IMG/VR virus record: IMGVR_UViG_2595698890_000001
Location: 1 to 64,000 of that record
DNA length: 64,000 nucleotides
Strand: one strand, 5' to 3'
Source of the DNA: a virus
Lineage: Duplodnaviria; Caudoviricetes
The notes beneath the pieces were generated by a model. That model did not search any database and was not told the origin of the DNA. It saw nothing but the letters and a program-made list of their open reading frames with translations. Positions 36,597-46,703 of the stretch are shown one piece after another (within the stretch, counting starts at the first letter, position 1; the number at the start of each line of letters is the position of its first letter). The position numbers and the translations under genes were made by a program.

Positions 36597-37110
36597 GAAC
36601 ACCGAGTACGATCATCTAATCTACAAGGCATGGGAGAACTACGTACCACAGACGCAATGCTGGCACTGGCTGAAAGCACAGTACTACCAAGAGAGTTTGC
36701 TGAAGCCGGATGCCAAGAGTCATGTGGGGGCTATGGGAATAGCACAGGTCATGCCCGGTACTTGGTTAGACATTAGTAAGAAACTCCGTTTTAACGCACG
36801 AGCGTCACCCTACGACCCTGAGCTCTCAATCGAAGCTGGCGCTTACTACCTGAATTACCAGTGGAGCCAGTGGCGAGCAAAGCGGACTTTCGAAGATAGA
36901 ATCAGCTTAGCCTTTGCAGGATACAACGCAGGACTGGGCAACATACTAAAAGCACAGCGCCTGTCCGGGGGTCGGGCAGATTGGAAGTCGATTAGCGAAG
37001 CACTCCCGGGAGTCACGGGAGAGAACAGCAAGGAGACCATCCAGTACGTCGAACGTATCTTCCGCTGGAAGAAACAACTAGACGAGCATCGAAGTTGTGT
37101 AATTTACTAA
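36520..37110 (+). CDS. endolysin, SLT lytic transglycosylase with N-terminal signal sequence
   Basis: QES..P.A.S.VGAMG.AQ.MPGTW, YNAG.GN, ET..YV. Confidence 0.92.
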   Translation: MVRLWLFISVLVSLVLPFSSAASLVKNTEYDHLIYKAWENYVPQTQCWHWLKAQYYQESLLKPDAKSHVGAMGIAQVMPGTWLDISKKLRFNARASPYDPELSIEAGAYYLNYQWSQWRAKRTFEDRISLAFAGYNAGLGNILKAQRLSGGRADWKSISEALPGVTGENSKETIQYVERIFRWKKQLDEHRSCVIY

Positions 37111-37119
37111 AACTATAAC

Positions 37120-37145
37120 AGGGAGCTTCGGCTCCCTTTATTTTT
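37120..37145 (+). terminator. intrinsic terminator
   Basis: AGGGAGC-ttcg-GCTCCCT plus T-rich tail. Confidence 0.8.
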
Positions 37146-37165
37146 ACTAATGTGAGATTACTAAA

Positions 37166-37660
37166 ATGTTTGGTACATTACTAAGATACGGAGGCACATT
37201 ACTAAAAGGTGTGTCTGCATTCTGGAACCGATACAAATTACTAATTATTTTGTCCGTCGCGCTGGGAGCGATTTACAGGGCGTATTCGATTGGATATGAC
37301 CTAGGTTCCACCTATGAGCGACAAAAGGCTACCACGGCGATTCTGGACGCCACAAACAAGGCTAGAGAGGAAGAGCTTTCCTACTACCGGGACCAGATAG
37401 CCCGCTTAAACGAAAAACACCGCAAAGAACTCGAATTGGAGAAGAGTAATGTTAAGATACAAACCGTCATTGAGACCAAGTGGCTTACTAAAACGCCAGT
37501 GTGTGAGATTAGTAAAACTGACCCTGAGCAGTTTGTTTTTAGTAATGAGTATGTCGGCTTGTACAACGACGCAGTACGTGCAGCCAACAGAGCCACCCAA
37601 GAAGGACATCCCGCCGGAATTACTAAAACGCTGCCCACCAATGAAGACAGTGGAGAGTAA
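37166..37660 (+). CDS. i-spanin (Rz-like)
   Basis: TM anchor, coiled coil, C-terminal Cys; follows endolysin. Confidence 0.75.
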   Translation: MFGTLLRYGGTLLKGVSAFWNRYKLLIILSVALGAIYRAYSIGYDLGSTYERQKATTAILDATNKAREEELSYYRDQIARLNEKHRKELELEKSNVKIQTVIETKWLTKTPVCEISKTDPEQFVFSNEYVGLYNDAVRAANRATQEGHPAGITKTLPTNEDSGE

Positions 37661-37760
37661 CGACCCTTGGGTTTTACTAAAAGTGGCTACCGAGAATGTG
37701 GGGACGGCTGCAAGCTGCATACTCGACTACCACACCCTACAGGACACAGTTAGCGACTGA
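37503..37760 (+). CDS. o-spanin (Rz1-like lipoprotein) overlapping i-spanin
   Basis: Probable GTG start; lipobox MSAC, Pro-rich PPELL..CP. Confidence 0.75.
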   Translation: MRLVKLTLSSLFLVMSMSACTTTQYVQPTEPPKKDIPPELLKRCPPMKTVESNDPWVLLKVATENVGTAASCILDYHTLQDTVSD

Positions 37761-37773
37761 CTCGCCATAGTGG

Positions 37774-37802
37774 TTGACAGGAGGGCGTCAATATGTCATG
37801 AT
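37774..37802 (+). promoter_or_regulatory. promoter of replication operon with overlapping inverted repeat
   Basis: TTGACA-17-CATGAT; GGAGGGC.TCA / TGA.GCCCTCC dyad. Confidence 0.6.
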
Positions 37803-37837
37803 GCCCTCCGTACTGTAAAACAACAGGAGACAATGCC

Positions 37838-38146
37838 ATGTCAAGAGTACCGACGGACCTGACAGTAAGCCGTAAGGTAATGCAGGACCTATCAACACGT
37901 GAAGCCCTCGTGCTTGCGTATATCCAAGCCCGCTTAGATTATTCTACTAGCAAAGAGCGTAAGATGGAGGACGATCTAATCTGGGTCCGCGTACCTGCGC
38001 AAGAGATTGCGGAAGAGCTGGGTATGAGTGGGCGTACTGTTCAGAGGTCTATCCCACTCTTAGTAAAAGCAGGGAAGCTTACCACTAAGAAACTATCGTA
38101 TGATTCGATGGATAGTGCCAACTGGTTTGCAGTTACTAAGGAGTAG
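37838..38146 (+). CDS. winged HTH DNA-binding protein
   Basis: QEIAEELGMS.RTVQR.I..L...G. Confidence 0.8.
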   Translation: MSRVPTDLTVSRKVMQDLSTREALVLAYIQARLDYSTSKERKMEDDLIWVRVPAQEIAEELGMSGRTVQRSIPLLVKAGKLTTKKLSYDSMDSANWFAVTKE

Positions 38147-38148
38147 GC

Positions 38149-39231
38149 ATGTCTGAAGATAAAGTGGTGCGTCTGAGTACCGCGTTAGACCCAGACACAG
38201 TACCACACGCCTTATGTAAGATTCAGTTCGCTCAGGTTCCTGTGGATGTTATCGAAGACCTATCCAATATGGGCGTTAGTGGCAGAGCGGCGCTAACAGT
38301 GTTTGCGTGGCTTCAAGCTAAGCCTGAAGACTGGCAGATCGTCAATGAGGTGATTATGAGCCAGCTGGGGTTTAGTTCTGGAGGACTGGCAGCGGCTTTA
38401 AAAGTACTAAAGGAAGTGGGTCTCTTAGTAAAAGAGCCGATCCGGTGTACCAAGTGCGGAAAGGTTGCGTTTCATCGAAGCATATTGTCCCCACACCCGG
38501 CATTCTCAATCGACTTTCTAAAAGTAAAGTATGCGATGGTGCTGGGAAAGTGCTGCTCACCAACCGGAGACACGGTAGTTAGGAAGGCTGGAAGACCCAG
38601 TATCCATAATTTAGATACTGGACCAAATGTCCAGAATCTAAATACCCATAGGGTGGACTCTCCACACAGTGGGCAAATAGATACTACATATAAGGATAAT
38701 AACTTACATGGATTATCTACTAATAAAGAATCTTCTAACGAAGATTCTATCCCCTCTAAGCGGGTGCGGAGACCTCGGCGTAAGCAGGAGGGCTTTAACG
38801 TTAGTAAACCAAAAGAAAGAAAGCCTCGTACGAAGAGTGTGGAACTTACTAAACATGTGTTTACTCTAGAGAACGTGGGAGGTGAAGAGCACACTCTTAC
38901 TAAAGCGAACTTCGAACTACTCTATGATTTCGTGGAAAGACAGAAGATTGCTCTTACCCGGGGTGAGCTAGACGCTTGGCTGGAAATAAATAATGCAAGC
39001 TTAGGCTTGAAGATTAAGACGAAGCGTTCCGTGGTGGCTACCATCAAGAACTGGCTGGCGCGTTACAGCGAAGCAGACCGCTGGAAAATAGACAAGCACT
39101 TGGGTAAGAATACTGGGCGTGTTGGGTCACGCAGACCACAGCGTCTTAACGGCAACTTGAGTGATCGCCATCGAGAGAGTGAGATCCGAGTTCCAGCGCA
39201 CTTACAAAAACTAATGGATAAGGAGTCTTAG
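38149..39231 (+). CDS. replication initiator-like protein
   Basis: N-terminal wHTH (L.KP.DW ... AL..L.EVG), low-complexity linker, directly upstream of DnaC-like gene. Confidence 0.65.
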   Translation: MSEDKVVRLSTALDPDTVPHALCKIQFAQVPVDVIEDLSNMGVSGRAALTVFAWLQAKPEDWQIVNEVIMSQLGFSSGGLAAALKVLKEVGLLVKEPIRCTKCGKVAFHRSILSPHPAFSIDFLKVKYAMVLGKCCSPTGDTVVRKAGRPSIHNLDTGPNVQNLNTHRVDSPHSGQIDTTYKDNNLHGLSTNKESSNEDSIPSKRVRRPRRKQEGFNVSKPKERKPRTKSVELTKHVFTLENVGGEEHTLTKANFELLYDFVERQKIALTRGELDAWLEINNASLGLKIKTKRSVVATIKNWLARYSEADRWKIDKHLGKNTGRVGSRRPQRLNGNLSDRHRESEIRVPAHLQKLMDKES

Positions 39232-39235
39232 TAAA

Positions 39236-40072
39236 ATGACTAGCTTAAACAAACTAAGAACGATTGCAGACAGGATCAGTATCGGGCAGCTCCCACAACG
39301 ACGTGGTGAGTACCGTGCCATCCTCAAGCAGCTAGCGGAGGCAGGGGACGACGTTAGTCAATACATCCGTCCCAAGTTCCACCCCCGGGTGAACAAGATG
39401 CGTACTCGCGGCATACCTGCCGTACACCGCCGTAGTACGTTCGCGTCGTTCGAGGCTACGGGAAGCCTCAAAGCCAAGAAGGAAATGGTGGAGGCTTACG
39501 CAGAGAACTTTACCGAGATGTTTGAGTCCGGTACTAACTTGGTACTCATCGGCGGTAACGGCGTGGGCAAGACGCACCTAGCTAGTGCCTTGGGCATCAA
39601 GCTGGGAATCCGCACTTGTACCATTGCGGAAACTAGATCGTACTTCGAGGAGTTATCGGAGGACGACGAGTTGTACTACGAGCTGTTTGGGGACAACGTG
39701 CCTCCGTTCAAGTTCGTGAACATCGAGCGAACCATGCAGGACTTAATGCACGCTTTCGACAGCAAGATGAACAACTGGGACGATGGCAATGCTTTCCGAG
39801 TGGCTGAGTCTGAGTTCCAACAACTGGTAGAGCTTAAAGGTTTACTAATCTTGGACGAGTACGCGGCGACTAAGGTAAACCCGATGTGCTTGAACTTCCT
39901 AAACCGATTGGCTACCTACCGCTACGACAACAACTTGCCAACGTGCATTATTACTAACCGCACTGAGGAAGAGTTACGTGAATACGACTCAACGGCAGCG
40001 AGTCGATTCTTGTCTCAAGGCGGTTTAGTAATCCGGTTCGAGGAGGACGACTATCGTGCAAAGGGTCGATAA
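39236..40072 (+). CDS. DnaC/IstB-like helicase loader ATPase
   Basis: GGNGVGKTHLA, LLILDE, RY.N.LPT.I.TN. Confidence 0.9.
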   Translation: MTSLNKLRTIADRISIGQLPQRRGEYRAILKQLAEAGDDVSQYIRPKFHPRVNKMRTRGIPAVHRRSTFASFEATGSLKAKKEMVEAYAENFTEMFESGTNLVLIGGNGVGKTHLASALGIKLGIRTCTIAETRSYFEELSEDDELYYELFGDNVPPFKFVNIERTMQDLMHAFDSKMNNWDDGNAFRVAESEFQQLVELKGLLILDEYAATKVNPMCLNFLNRLATYRYDNNLPTCIITNRTEEELREYDSTAASRFLSQGGLVIRFEEDDYRAKGR

Positions 40073-40478
40073 ACTTCGACGGGAATACAAGAATCTTTCC
40101 ATACAGGAGAAAAACCAATTCCTGTTCTGGTTGGGGCTTTCTTCGCAGAACGCCCCAGAACGGTTTTCAGACCGGAAGATATACGAATGCCTTCGGGCAT
40201 CGCTAAAGAAGCTGTCAGCAGCCGGAGATTTGCATTTTGAGGCGCTTAAAGATGGTCCTTCAGGCAAACATCTGGTTTCAGCGGTGGAAAAGCTAAATTC
40301 AGCGGCTGAGAACGTGGAATCCGAACATCGAGAGAGATTCTTACTAAAGTACTGCGCAACGGCTGTGGGGAGATTGGTAGCCATCGACTCTCCCCTAACG
40401 CTTCCTAATTTACTAAAAGTAATCTGCCGTCATCACGCGCAGATTACGGAGGACTTACAACGTGAGCTTTCTTACTAA
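40056..40478 (+). CDS. hypothetical protein
   Basis: GTG start after GGAGG; overlaps neighbours. Confidence 0.55.
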   Translation: MQRVDKLRREYKNLSIQEKNQFLFWLGLSSQNAPERFSDRKIYECLRASLKKLSAAGDLHFEALKDGPSGKHLVSAVEKLNSAAENVESEHRERFLLKYCATAVGRLVAIDSPLTLPNLLKVICRHHAQITEDLQRELSY

Positions 40479-41316
40479 AAAACAGAAAGTGCTTCTGCTA
40501 GTCGATGTGTCGAACATCATGTACAAGGCAATGCACATCCATAAACATCTTACTAAGGACGACAAGTTCACTGGTGGGATTTATGGCTTTATGGCTCAAG
40601 TAAACACAGCCATCCGCGAGAACGAAGCTACACACGTGGTTTTTTGCTGTGATCGCAAACCGTACTTCCGTGAGGAAGGTCTTAGTGTGGACTACAAGGC
40701 TGGTCGTGAGAAGTCGCCGGAGACAGAGGACCGCCTAGCCCAAACCGAGGATGCCGTTAACGAGCTAACAGCCTTCTTCACGAAGTGGGAGTTCGAAGGA
40801 CTTGAGGCGGACGACTTGATTGCCTACGCGGTACATCGCTACTACCACCGCTTTGATAAGATCATAGTGCAGACCAGCGACACCGACCCTTACCAGCTAT
40901 TCCGCGAGGGTGATACCAAGCTGGCATTCTGGAAGAACCAGAAGGACGGGCTGTTTACCTACGACGACTTCAAGGAAGCTACTGGGTTTACGGCTGGTAT
41001 GGAGTGGCTGGCTCAAGATGCTATCACAGGTGGGCACAACGGCATGGGCAAGGGTATCGTAGGTTACGGTCCGAAGCGAGCCACAGACCTTATACTCAAG
41101 CGTACGGTGTCGATACCACAGCTGCTCAGCATCTACCCAGACGCTGGGTACAACTTCACAGTAATGCAGCTACCGCACCATAAGATCAGCAAGTACTCGG
41201 GAGACATCCGACTAGAGCTTACCTGCATGAGTAGAAAAGACCTTACTAAATTCTGTCTATCGTATGGTATTAAAATGCCTCCGGCATGGGTCGAGTCTTT
41301 TACTAAGGTTAAATAA
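40462..41316 (+). CDS. 5'-3' exonuclease / RNase H (FEN family)
   Basis: LLVD.SN, YKAGR, GLEADDLI, G.GPK.A. Confidence 0.9.
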   Translation: MSFLTKKQKVLLLVDVSNIMYKAMHIHKHLTKDDKFTGGIYGFMAQVNTAIRENEATHVVFCCDRKPYFREEGLSVDYKAGREKSPETEDRLAQTEDAVNELTAFFTKWEFEGLEADDLIAYAVHRYYHRFDKIIVQTSDTDPYQLFREGDTKLAFWKNQKDGLFTYDDFKEATGFTAGMEWLAQDAITGGHNGMGKGIVGYGPKRATDLILKRTVSIPQLLSIYPDAGYNFTVMQLPHHKISKYSGDIRLELTCMSRKDLTKFCLSYGIKMPPAWVESFTKVK

Positions 41317-42935
41317 TGGCTACAAACAAAAACATGATGAGCATTCCAGATGCTCAGGACATCGTTACACTCGCGTGTTTTAGTGAGAAGGCAGCACCGC
41401 AGCTGTTCGCAAGTGTAACACTACGCCACTTGCCTAACGACAAGCTGCGTGAAGTGTTCTCTCGTGCTAAGGACTACTTTGATGAGTACGGCAAGCCTGT
41501 AGGCTCCCATATCACCAACGAGTTCGCAGACGAGCTTAATGACCGCAAACAGCGTGCTCGTGCTAACGGCTACCGCGACCTGATCGAAGGTCTGATGGAG
41601 AACGCCGAAGAGGTAAACGCAGAGTACGTGCTGAAGGGATTGCGTGACTTCCTGTGGGTGCAAGAGCTTCGCGGTAACATTCCTAAGCTGGTAGAGAATC
41701 TTGAAGACAACAAACTGAAGGAAACTGAGGCGATCCTCAACAAGCTGGCATCCACAAAGCAGGAGGAAGACTTTAACTACATCTGGGCTTCCGATATGGA
41801 GCAGGTGTACCAAGGGATCTTCCATCGTGAAGTCGGTGAGAGTCTTGAGATCGGCATCAAGGAGCTGGACGAGAACAACGTTCGACCTACCAAGAAAGAG
41901 CTTTTAGTAATGCTGGCACCGCCTAAGCGTGGTAAGTCATGGTTTGGTGTGCAATGCCTACGTGCGGGCGTGCAGAACCGACGCAAGAAGTGGAAGACTT
42001 TACTAATTACTCTTGAAATGGCTCACGTTAAGTTTGGTGAGCGTTTCGTGCAGAATTTGTGGGGTCGCTGCCTAGGTGAGCCTCAAGAGGTGTCGAGTAC
42101 AGTGATCGAGCGTGACGAGTTCGGGTTCATTAGTAATCTGCAAAACGAGCCACGCTATCAGTGCGAATCCATCTTAGATACTTTCGCAGATGAGAAGCAC
42201 GCAGCCCGAGCAACACAAGAATGGTTTGAGAAGCATTCTACAGAGCGCCCGTTCGTAATGGCTCAGTTCCCGACAGGTGCCTTTACTATGCGTAAACTGC
42301 GGGCTTTGGTAGACTGGTTAGATAAGGTCGAGGGTTGGCATCCAGATCAGATCATCCTCGATTACCCGGGGATCATGAAACTAGACATCAACAACAAGCG
42401 CCAAGCTATGAACCAGCTTTATCAGGACCTTCGTGGCTTCGCGGTTACTAACAATATCGCAATGGTTGCATTCCACCAGTCTAACCGTGACGGTGCTCGT
42501 GAGCAGGGTATCGACGACGTGATTGACGAAACGAATGCGGGCGAGGATTTTTCCGTAACACAGCACGCGGATTACCTCATAACTTACAACCAGTCCCCTG
42601 TTGAGCGTGAGCTTAACTTAGCGCGACTATACGTACCCCTTAACCGTAACGGTAAGGACAAGTACCAGATCGTAATCAGCCAGAACTACGCTACCGGGCA
42701 GTTCTGTTTGACGAGTGCGTATCGCGGGGGTGACTACACAGGACTTGTGGTGCCAGATGCAGAAGAAGCGAATGAGAACCCAACTCGTGAAAGAGCCGCA
42801 GTCGAGCCTCCGAAGGGATTCCAGATCGACGAGTATGGAACGTGGTTCGACCCGGAAACTGGCGAAGTCTGGAAAGGCAACAATAAGGGAGCAGGTAATG
42901 GGGAAGGTTCAGGATTTCTTAAACAGGGAGCTTGA
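41316..42935 (+). CDS. DnaB-like replicative helicase
   Basis: APPKRGKS, ITLEM, IILDY, HQSNRDG. Confidence 0.88.
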   Translation: MATNKNMMSIPDAQDIVTLACFSEKAAPQLFASVTLRHLPNDKLREVFSRAKDYFDEYGKPVGSHITNEFADELNDRKQRARANGYRDLIEGLMENAEEVNAEYVLKGLRDFLWVQELRGNIPKLVENLEDNKLKETEAILNKLASTKQEEDFNYIWASDMEQVYQGIFHREVGESLEIGIKELDENNVRPTKKELLVMLAPPKRGKSWFGVQCLRAGVQNRRKKWKTLLITLEMAHVKFGERFVQNLWGRCLGEPQEVSSTVIERDEFGFISNLQNEPRYQCESILDTFADEKHAARATQEWFEKHSTERPFVMAQFPTGAFTMRKLRALVDWLDKVEGWHPDQIILDYPGIMKLDINNKRQAMNQLYQDLRGFAVTNNIAMVAFHQSNRDGAREQGIDDVIDETNAGEDFSVTQHADYLITYNQSPVERELNLARLYVPLNRNGKDKYQIVISQNYATGQFCLTSAYRGGDYTGLVVPDAEEANENPTRERAAVEPPKGFQIDEYGTWFDPETGEVWKGNNKGAGNGEGSGFLKQGA

Positions 42936-44448
42936 CGACTGGCGCTGGCTGAAGGAGTTAGAGGACGATACTCCGATTTACGACGAATTAGTAAATTTGC
43001 CAGTACGCCCGGAGTTTGAGTTCCGCCCGTACATGTGTCAATTAGTGGGATACTGGATAGGGATCTGCAAAGATTCCTTCCTGTTCTTTATGCCGATGTC
43101 TTCTGGAAAGACCAAGCTGATCCTAGACATATTCAACTATCGAGCTCGTGAGGATGAGGACCTTCGCGGGCTTATCCTCGTTCCGCGTGTAGCCAACATC
43201 AAGACGTGGGTGGATCAGGTAGGCATACACGCTCCTAATCTACACGCACTGCCGATCCTTGGCTCTACGGACGAGAAGCGTCGCACGCTGTTTTCCGAAG
43301 CGGACCTGTACATAGCGTGCTATTCAGACCTTCAGTTCTTGATGGCTGACTTGCAGCAAGTTAAGGGCAAGAAGAAGAACCAGCGCAAGCCAAACGACCG
43401 TATGTGTCGTGAGGTACAGAAGCGCATCAACTTTGTCGCTTGTGATGAGATACACAAAGCAGGGAACCACGAGTCCTTGGTGTACAGACTTCTTAAACGT
43501 CTTACTAAAACAGCTCGATACCGCTATGGTATGACAGCCACACCGTTCAGCCGTAAGGTCGAGCGCCTGTGGGCTATCTTCAACCTGATTGACCACGGGG
43601 AGACCTTCGGGTCCACACTAACGTCATTCAGAGAGGTGTTCTTTACTAAACGCCGTAACGTGTGGTCCGGGTTCTTCGAGCACGTGTTCGACGACAACAT
43701 GAAACCAGACCTACACCGCCTAATGCAACACAGGTCAATACGATACGAAAACCACGAGGTTAAGGAACTGCCGCCTGTGGTTTATCGCCGTGAAGAGCTG
43801 GACATGTCTAAGGAGCAGCTACAGCTTTACCGAGATGCACGCAAGGGCTTGGTAGACTGCGGTGGTGAGGCTAAGGCAGAGCTTGAGGCTGCGTACATCC
43901 GATCTCGCCAAGCACTGGCTGGGTACGTCGAGTGGAAGAACGAGGACCGCAAAGTAGAGGGCAAGTACCTGAAGTCGGATGCTAAGCTAGACTGGGTGCA
44001 GTCGTTCTTAGACGACACGGAAGAGAAGGTCGTGATCTTCTACGCCTACACGAGTTCTGCTAAGCGTATTACGCAGTTACTAAAGAAGGAGAAGAAGAAG
44101 TTCTCGTGGATCTGGTCCGGGTGTAAAAACCCAATCAAGGCTTACGATGATTTCCGAAACAAGGACGATGTGCAGTTCATGGTAATCAACTTGGCTTCCG
44201 GGGATGCGGGTCTTCAGTTCGAGATGGCACGCTACTGCGTGTTCTATGAGTCTCCAGAAGACCCAGTTACCCGGGAACAAGCAGAGGGTCGTGTAGCTCG
44301 TGATGGGGAGACCGCCACAGACAACACGTACATAGTGGACCTTGTTACTAAGAAGTCGTTCGAGCCTAAACTCCTGAAGTCACTAGAGGATGGTCACAAC
44401 TTCCAAGAGGAGGTGCTTTCAGGTCGATTCAGAGACTGGGAGGACTAA
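42898..44448 (+). CDS. SNF2-family helicase
   Basis: MSSGKT, DEIH, MTATP, QAEGR..R.G; ATG 42898 more likely than 42715. Confidence 0.9.
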   Translation: MGKVQDFLNRELDDWRWLKELEDDTPIYDELVNLPVRPEFEFRPYMCQLVGYWIGICKDSFLFFMPMSSGKTKLILDIFNYRAREDEDLRGLILVPRVANIKTWVDQVGIHAPNLHALPILGSTDEKRRTLFSEADLYIACYSDLQFLMADLQQVKGKKKNQRKPNDRMCREVQKRINFVACDEIHKAGNHESLVYRLLKRLTKTARYRYGMTATPFSRKVERLWAIFNLIDHGETFGSTLTSFREVFFTKRRNVWSGFFEHVFDDNMKPDLHRLMQHRSIRYENHEVKELPPVVYRREELDMSKEQLQLYRDARKGLVDCGGEAKAELEAAYIRSRQALAGYVEWKNEDRKVEGKYLKSDAKLDWVQSFLDDTEEKVVIFYAYTSSAKRITQLLKKEKKKFSWIWSGCKNPIKAYDDFRNKDDVQFMVINLASGDAGLQFEMARYCVFYESPEDPVTREQAEGRVARDGETATDNTYIVDLVTKKSFEPKLLKSLEDGHNFQEEVLSGRFRDWED

Positions 44449-45062
44449 TGGCTTTACTAAGACGTAGAGTTATCCACACACCAACTAAGAGCGGGCGCTT
44501 ACGCGCTCGCCTTGTCGTTGAGAAGGTTACTAATAGTAAACCGACTACCCGCAAGCGCAAGAAGCGCCTAAAGGATTCCCTTCACAGCCAGCTATGCCTA
44601 CTAGCCAAGAAGTGGATCTACAAGCAGGGGTTTGGGGTAGCCGTGGATGACAGGATGAAAGCTGCCTGTGTTACCGGAGAGCAGCCGGACGCTTTAGGGT
44701 GGAGAGCTAGCGTTAGCATTCTGATCGAGGTCAAGACATCCCGAAGCGACTTCCTTGCCGACAAGAACAAGAAGTTCCGGGCAGACCCGTCGATAGGGAT
44801 GGGAGACTGGCGCTTTTACCTGTGTCCTAAAGACCTAATTAGTAAAGATGAGCTCCCGGAAGGTTGGGGGCTTCTCTACTATAGCGACGGCAAGATCCGT
44901 CGGGTGCACGGTGGTCCTAAAAGCAACGGGTGGACGTTCGACTCAATACCCTTCCGTGGTAATAAAGAGTGTGAGATGTCCTACATGTATTCGGCTCTCA
45001 GACGTATGGTAGTACGAGGTCACTTAGAGTCTATGTATTCAATGGACGGCATTAAGAAATGA
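44448..45062 (+). CDS. PD-(D/E)XK nuclease-like protein (MmcB-like)
   Basis: E.PDA.G....SILIEVKTSRSDF.AD..K..R, ELPEGWGL. Confidence 0.75.
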   Translation: MALLRRRVIHTPTKSGRLRARLVVEKVTNSKPTTRKRKKRLKDSLHSQLCLLAKKWIYKQGFGVAVDDRMKAACVTGEQPDALGWRASVSILIEVKTSRSDFLADKNKKFRADPSIGMGDWRFYLCPKDLISKDELPEGWGLLYYSDGKIRRVHGGPKSNGWTFDSIPFRGNKECEMSYMYSALRRMVVRGHLESMYSMDGIKK

Positions 45063-46183
45063 GTATTTTCAAACGTAAGGGCGTGGAAGCATGGCTTGAG
45101 ATCTTCAACAAGCATAGCATCACGTACGCAACTAAGCATAAGAACTGTAAGCGGGGCAACGTCGTAATTGACTGCCCTTTCTGTGCTAACTCTGAAGGCA
45201 AGTTCCACATGGGTGTGGACAAGAACGGTCGTTTCGGTTGCTGGAAGAACCAAGAGCACCGTGGGTCCTCCCCGCACAAGCTGCTCGTAGCACTGCTTCG
45301 AATCTCCCCGGCAGAAGCCTCCCGTATGGTGGGCGCTGACGAGGGTCAGGTAGACGAGGATGACTGGAACTCTTTACTAAGAAGTCTGAGTACGTGGGAA
45401 GAAGAAGACTACCCGGAAGACGACGACGAGGAAGAGGATGAGATAGTTAAGGGTATGAAGATGCCTAAGCAGTTCATCCCGGTAGCTCCGTTCGGAGACG
45501 CCGCCGATTACTTCTACTACATCATGGACCGTGGGTTTCCTCGGAAGGATGTTCGCAAATTAGTAAAACACTTCGACCTACGCTGTTGCGATACTTGGGA
45601 TCGTGTTGCCGGGAAGATTTGGTACGAGCGTATAATCACGCCAGTGTGCTTACATGGCGAGTTAATGTGTTGGGGTAGCCGAACCATAAACCCAGACGAC
45701 GAGCTGCGCTACATGTCCCTGCCAGCCGATGAGAGTATCATCCCCGTTAAGGAGTTGGTGTACAACTACGATAACTGCATGGAGGGCGGCAAGATACTTC
45801 TTTTAGTAGAGGGTCAGGTGGACGTGTGGAAGTTGGACTTCTACGGGAAAGAGCACGGGATACGCGCAGCTGGTCTTTTTAGTAAATCTATCGTACCATC
45901 TCAGGTAGACCTAGTGCATGACCTGAAGAAGCAGTTCGATCACACGTTCCTACTACTCGATGCGAACGAGGAAGCCTACGGACTTTCTTTGTGTGATTTA
46001 CTAAACGGGTACGGGAAGCGCGTTAAAACCCTCATCTGGGATGGTAACGACGAAGACCCGGGAGCGGCTACTTACAGAGAGCTAGAAACTTTTTTTAAAA
46101 AATTACTAAAAAAGACTTTACTAAAACGAACGAGGTCGGTACTATTACCTCGCTCCCAACGAAAGGGGACAAGAAATGAATGA
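45059..46183 (+). CDS. DNA primase
   Basis: Zn finger CPFC...CW, RI.TP, LYN-like, VEG..D, LD TOPRIM, DPG. Confidence 0.88.
   Translation: MSIFKRKGVEAWLEIFNKHSITYATKHKNCKRGNVVIDCPFCANSEGKFHMGVDKNGRFGCWKNQEHRGSSPHKLLVALLRISPAEASRMVGADEGQVDEDDWNSLLRSLSTWEEEDYPEDDDEEEDEIVKGMKMPKQFIPVAPFGDAADYFYYIMDRGFPRKDVRKLVKHFDLRCCDTWDRVAGKIWYERIITPVCLHGELMCWGSRTINPDDELRYMSLPADESIIPVKELVYNYDNCMEGGKILLLVEGQVDVWKLDFYGKEHGIRAAGLFSKSIVPSQVDLVHDLKKQFDHTFLLLDANEEAYGLSLCDLLNGYGKRVKTLIWDGNDEDPGAATYRELETFFKKLLKKTLLKRTRSVLLPRSQRKGTRNE
46117..46145 (+). promoter_or_regulatory. putative promoter whose -35 overlaps a TTACTAA site
   Basis: TTTACT-17-TACTAT; CGAGGT/ACCTCG dyad around the -10. Confidence 0.55.
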
Positions 46184-46703
46184 ATACCACGCGAAATTAG
46201 TAAAATCTAATTTCAAGGGCGTTCGAGAGATTTGCAAGGTAGAGCATCCTACCATCGCTGGTCAGACATTCCGTTACTTCGATTTCGATGACGAGAACTT
46301 GCTGGGAGTGATTGGTCCGGGTGGTCCGCAAATCTTTAACCCATCTACAGCGCACACCCACATGGGCGAAGTGCTGATTAAATGGATGGAATCTGGAGAC
46401 GAAGAAGTTTTTACTAAACTTAAACAAGTTGAGCAAAGACCTCGCCGTCGAAAACGTTCAAAATTAGTTGAAGACGAAAAACCAAAAACTCGTCAACGAC
46501 GTATAGTTAAAGCAGACAAAGGTGATGATGATGTCAATTCAAACCAACGTAAACGCAGACCACGGCTCAAACCCGCACATGAAACCTTCCGAGCAGACTT
46601 GGAAACCAAAGTTCGAGGGCGAAATCGAAGGGTACGTAATGAACTGGGTTCGCAACAACCACTGGAAAGTAAACCAGCAACTTCCCGACGTAGAAGACGT
46701 TAA
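46176..46703 (+). CDS. hypothetical protein with long Arg-rich C-terminus
   Basis: Follows promoter; overlaps next gene by about 170 bp. Confidence 0.6.
   Translation: MNEYHAKLVKSNFKGVREICKVEHPTIAGQTFRYFDFDDENLLGVIGPGGPQIFNPSTAHTHMGEVLIKWMESGDEEVFTKLKQVEQRPRRRKRSKLVEDEKPKTRQRRIVKADKGDDDVNSNQRKRRPRLKPAHETFRADLETKVRGRNRRVRNELGSQQPLESKPATSRRRRR

Noticed and set aside
42715-42897. N-terminal extension of the SNF2 helicase in the ORF track
   Set aside because: Overlaps the DnaB-like gene; a better RBS and ATG occur at 42898
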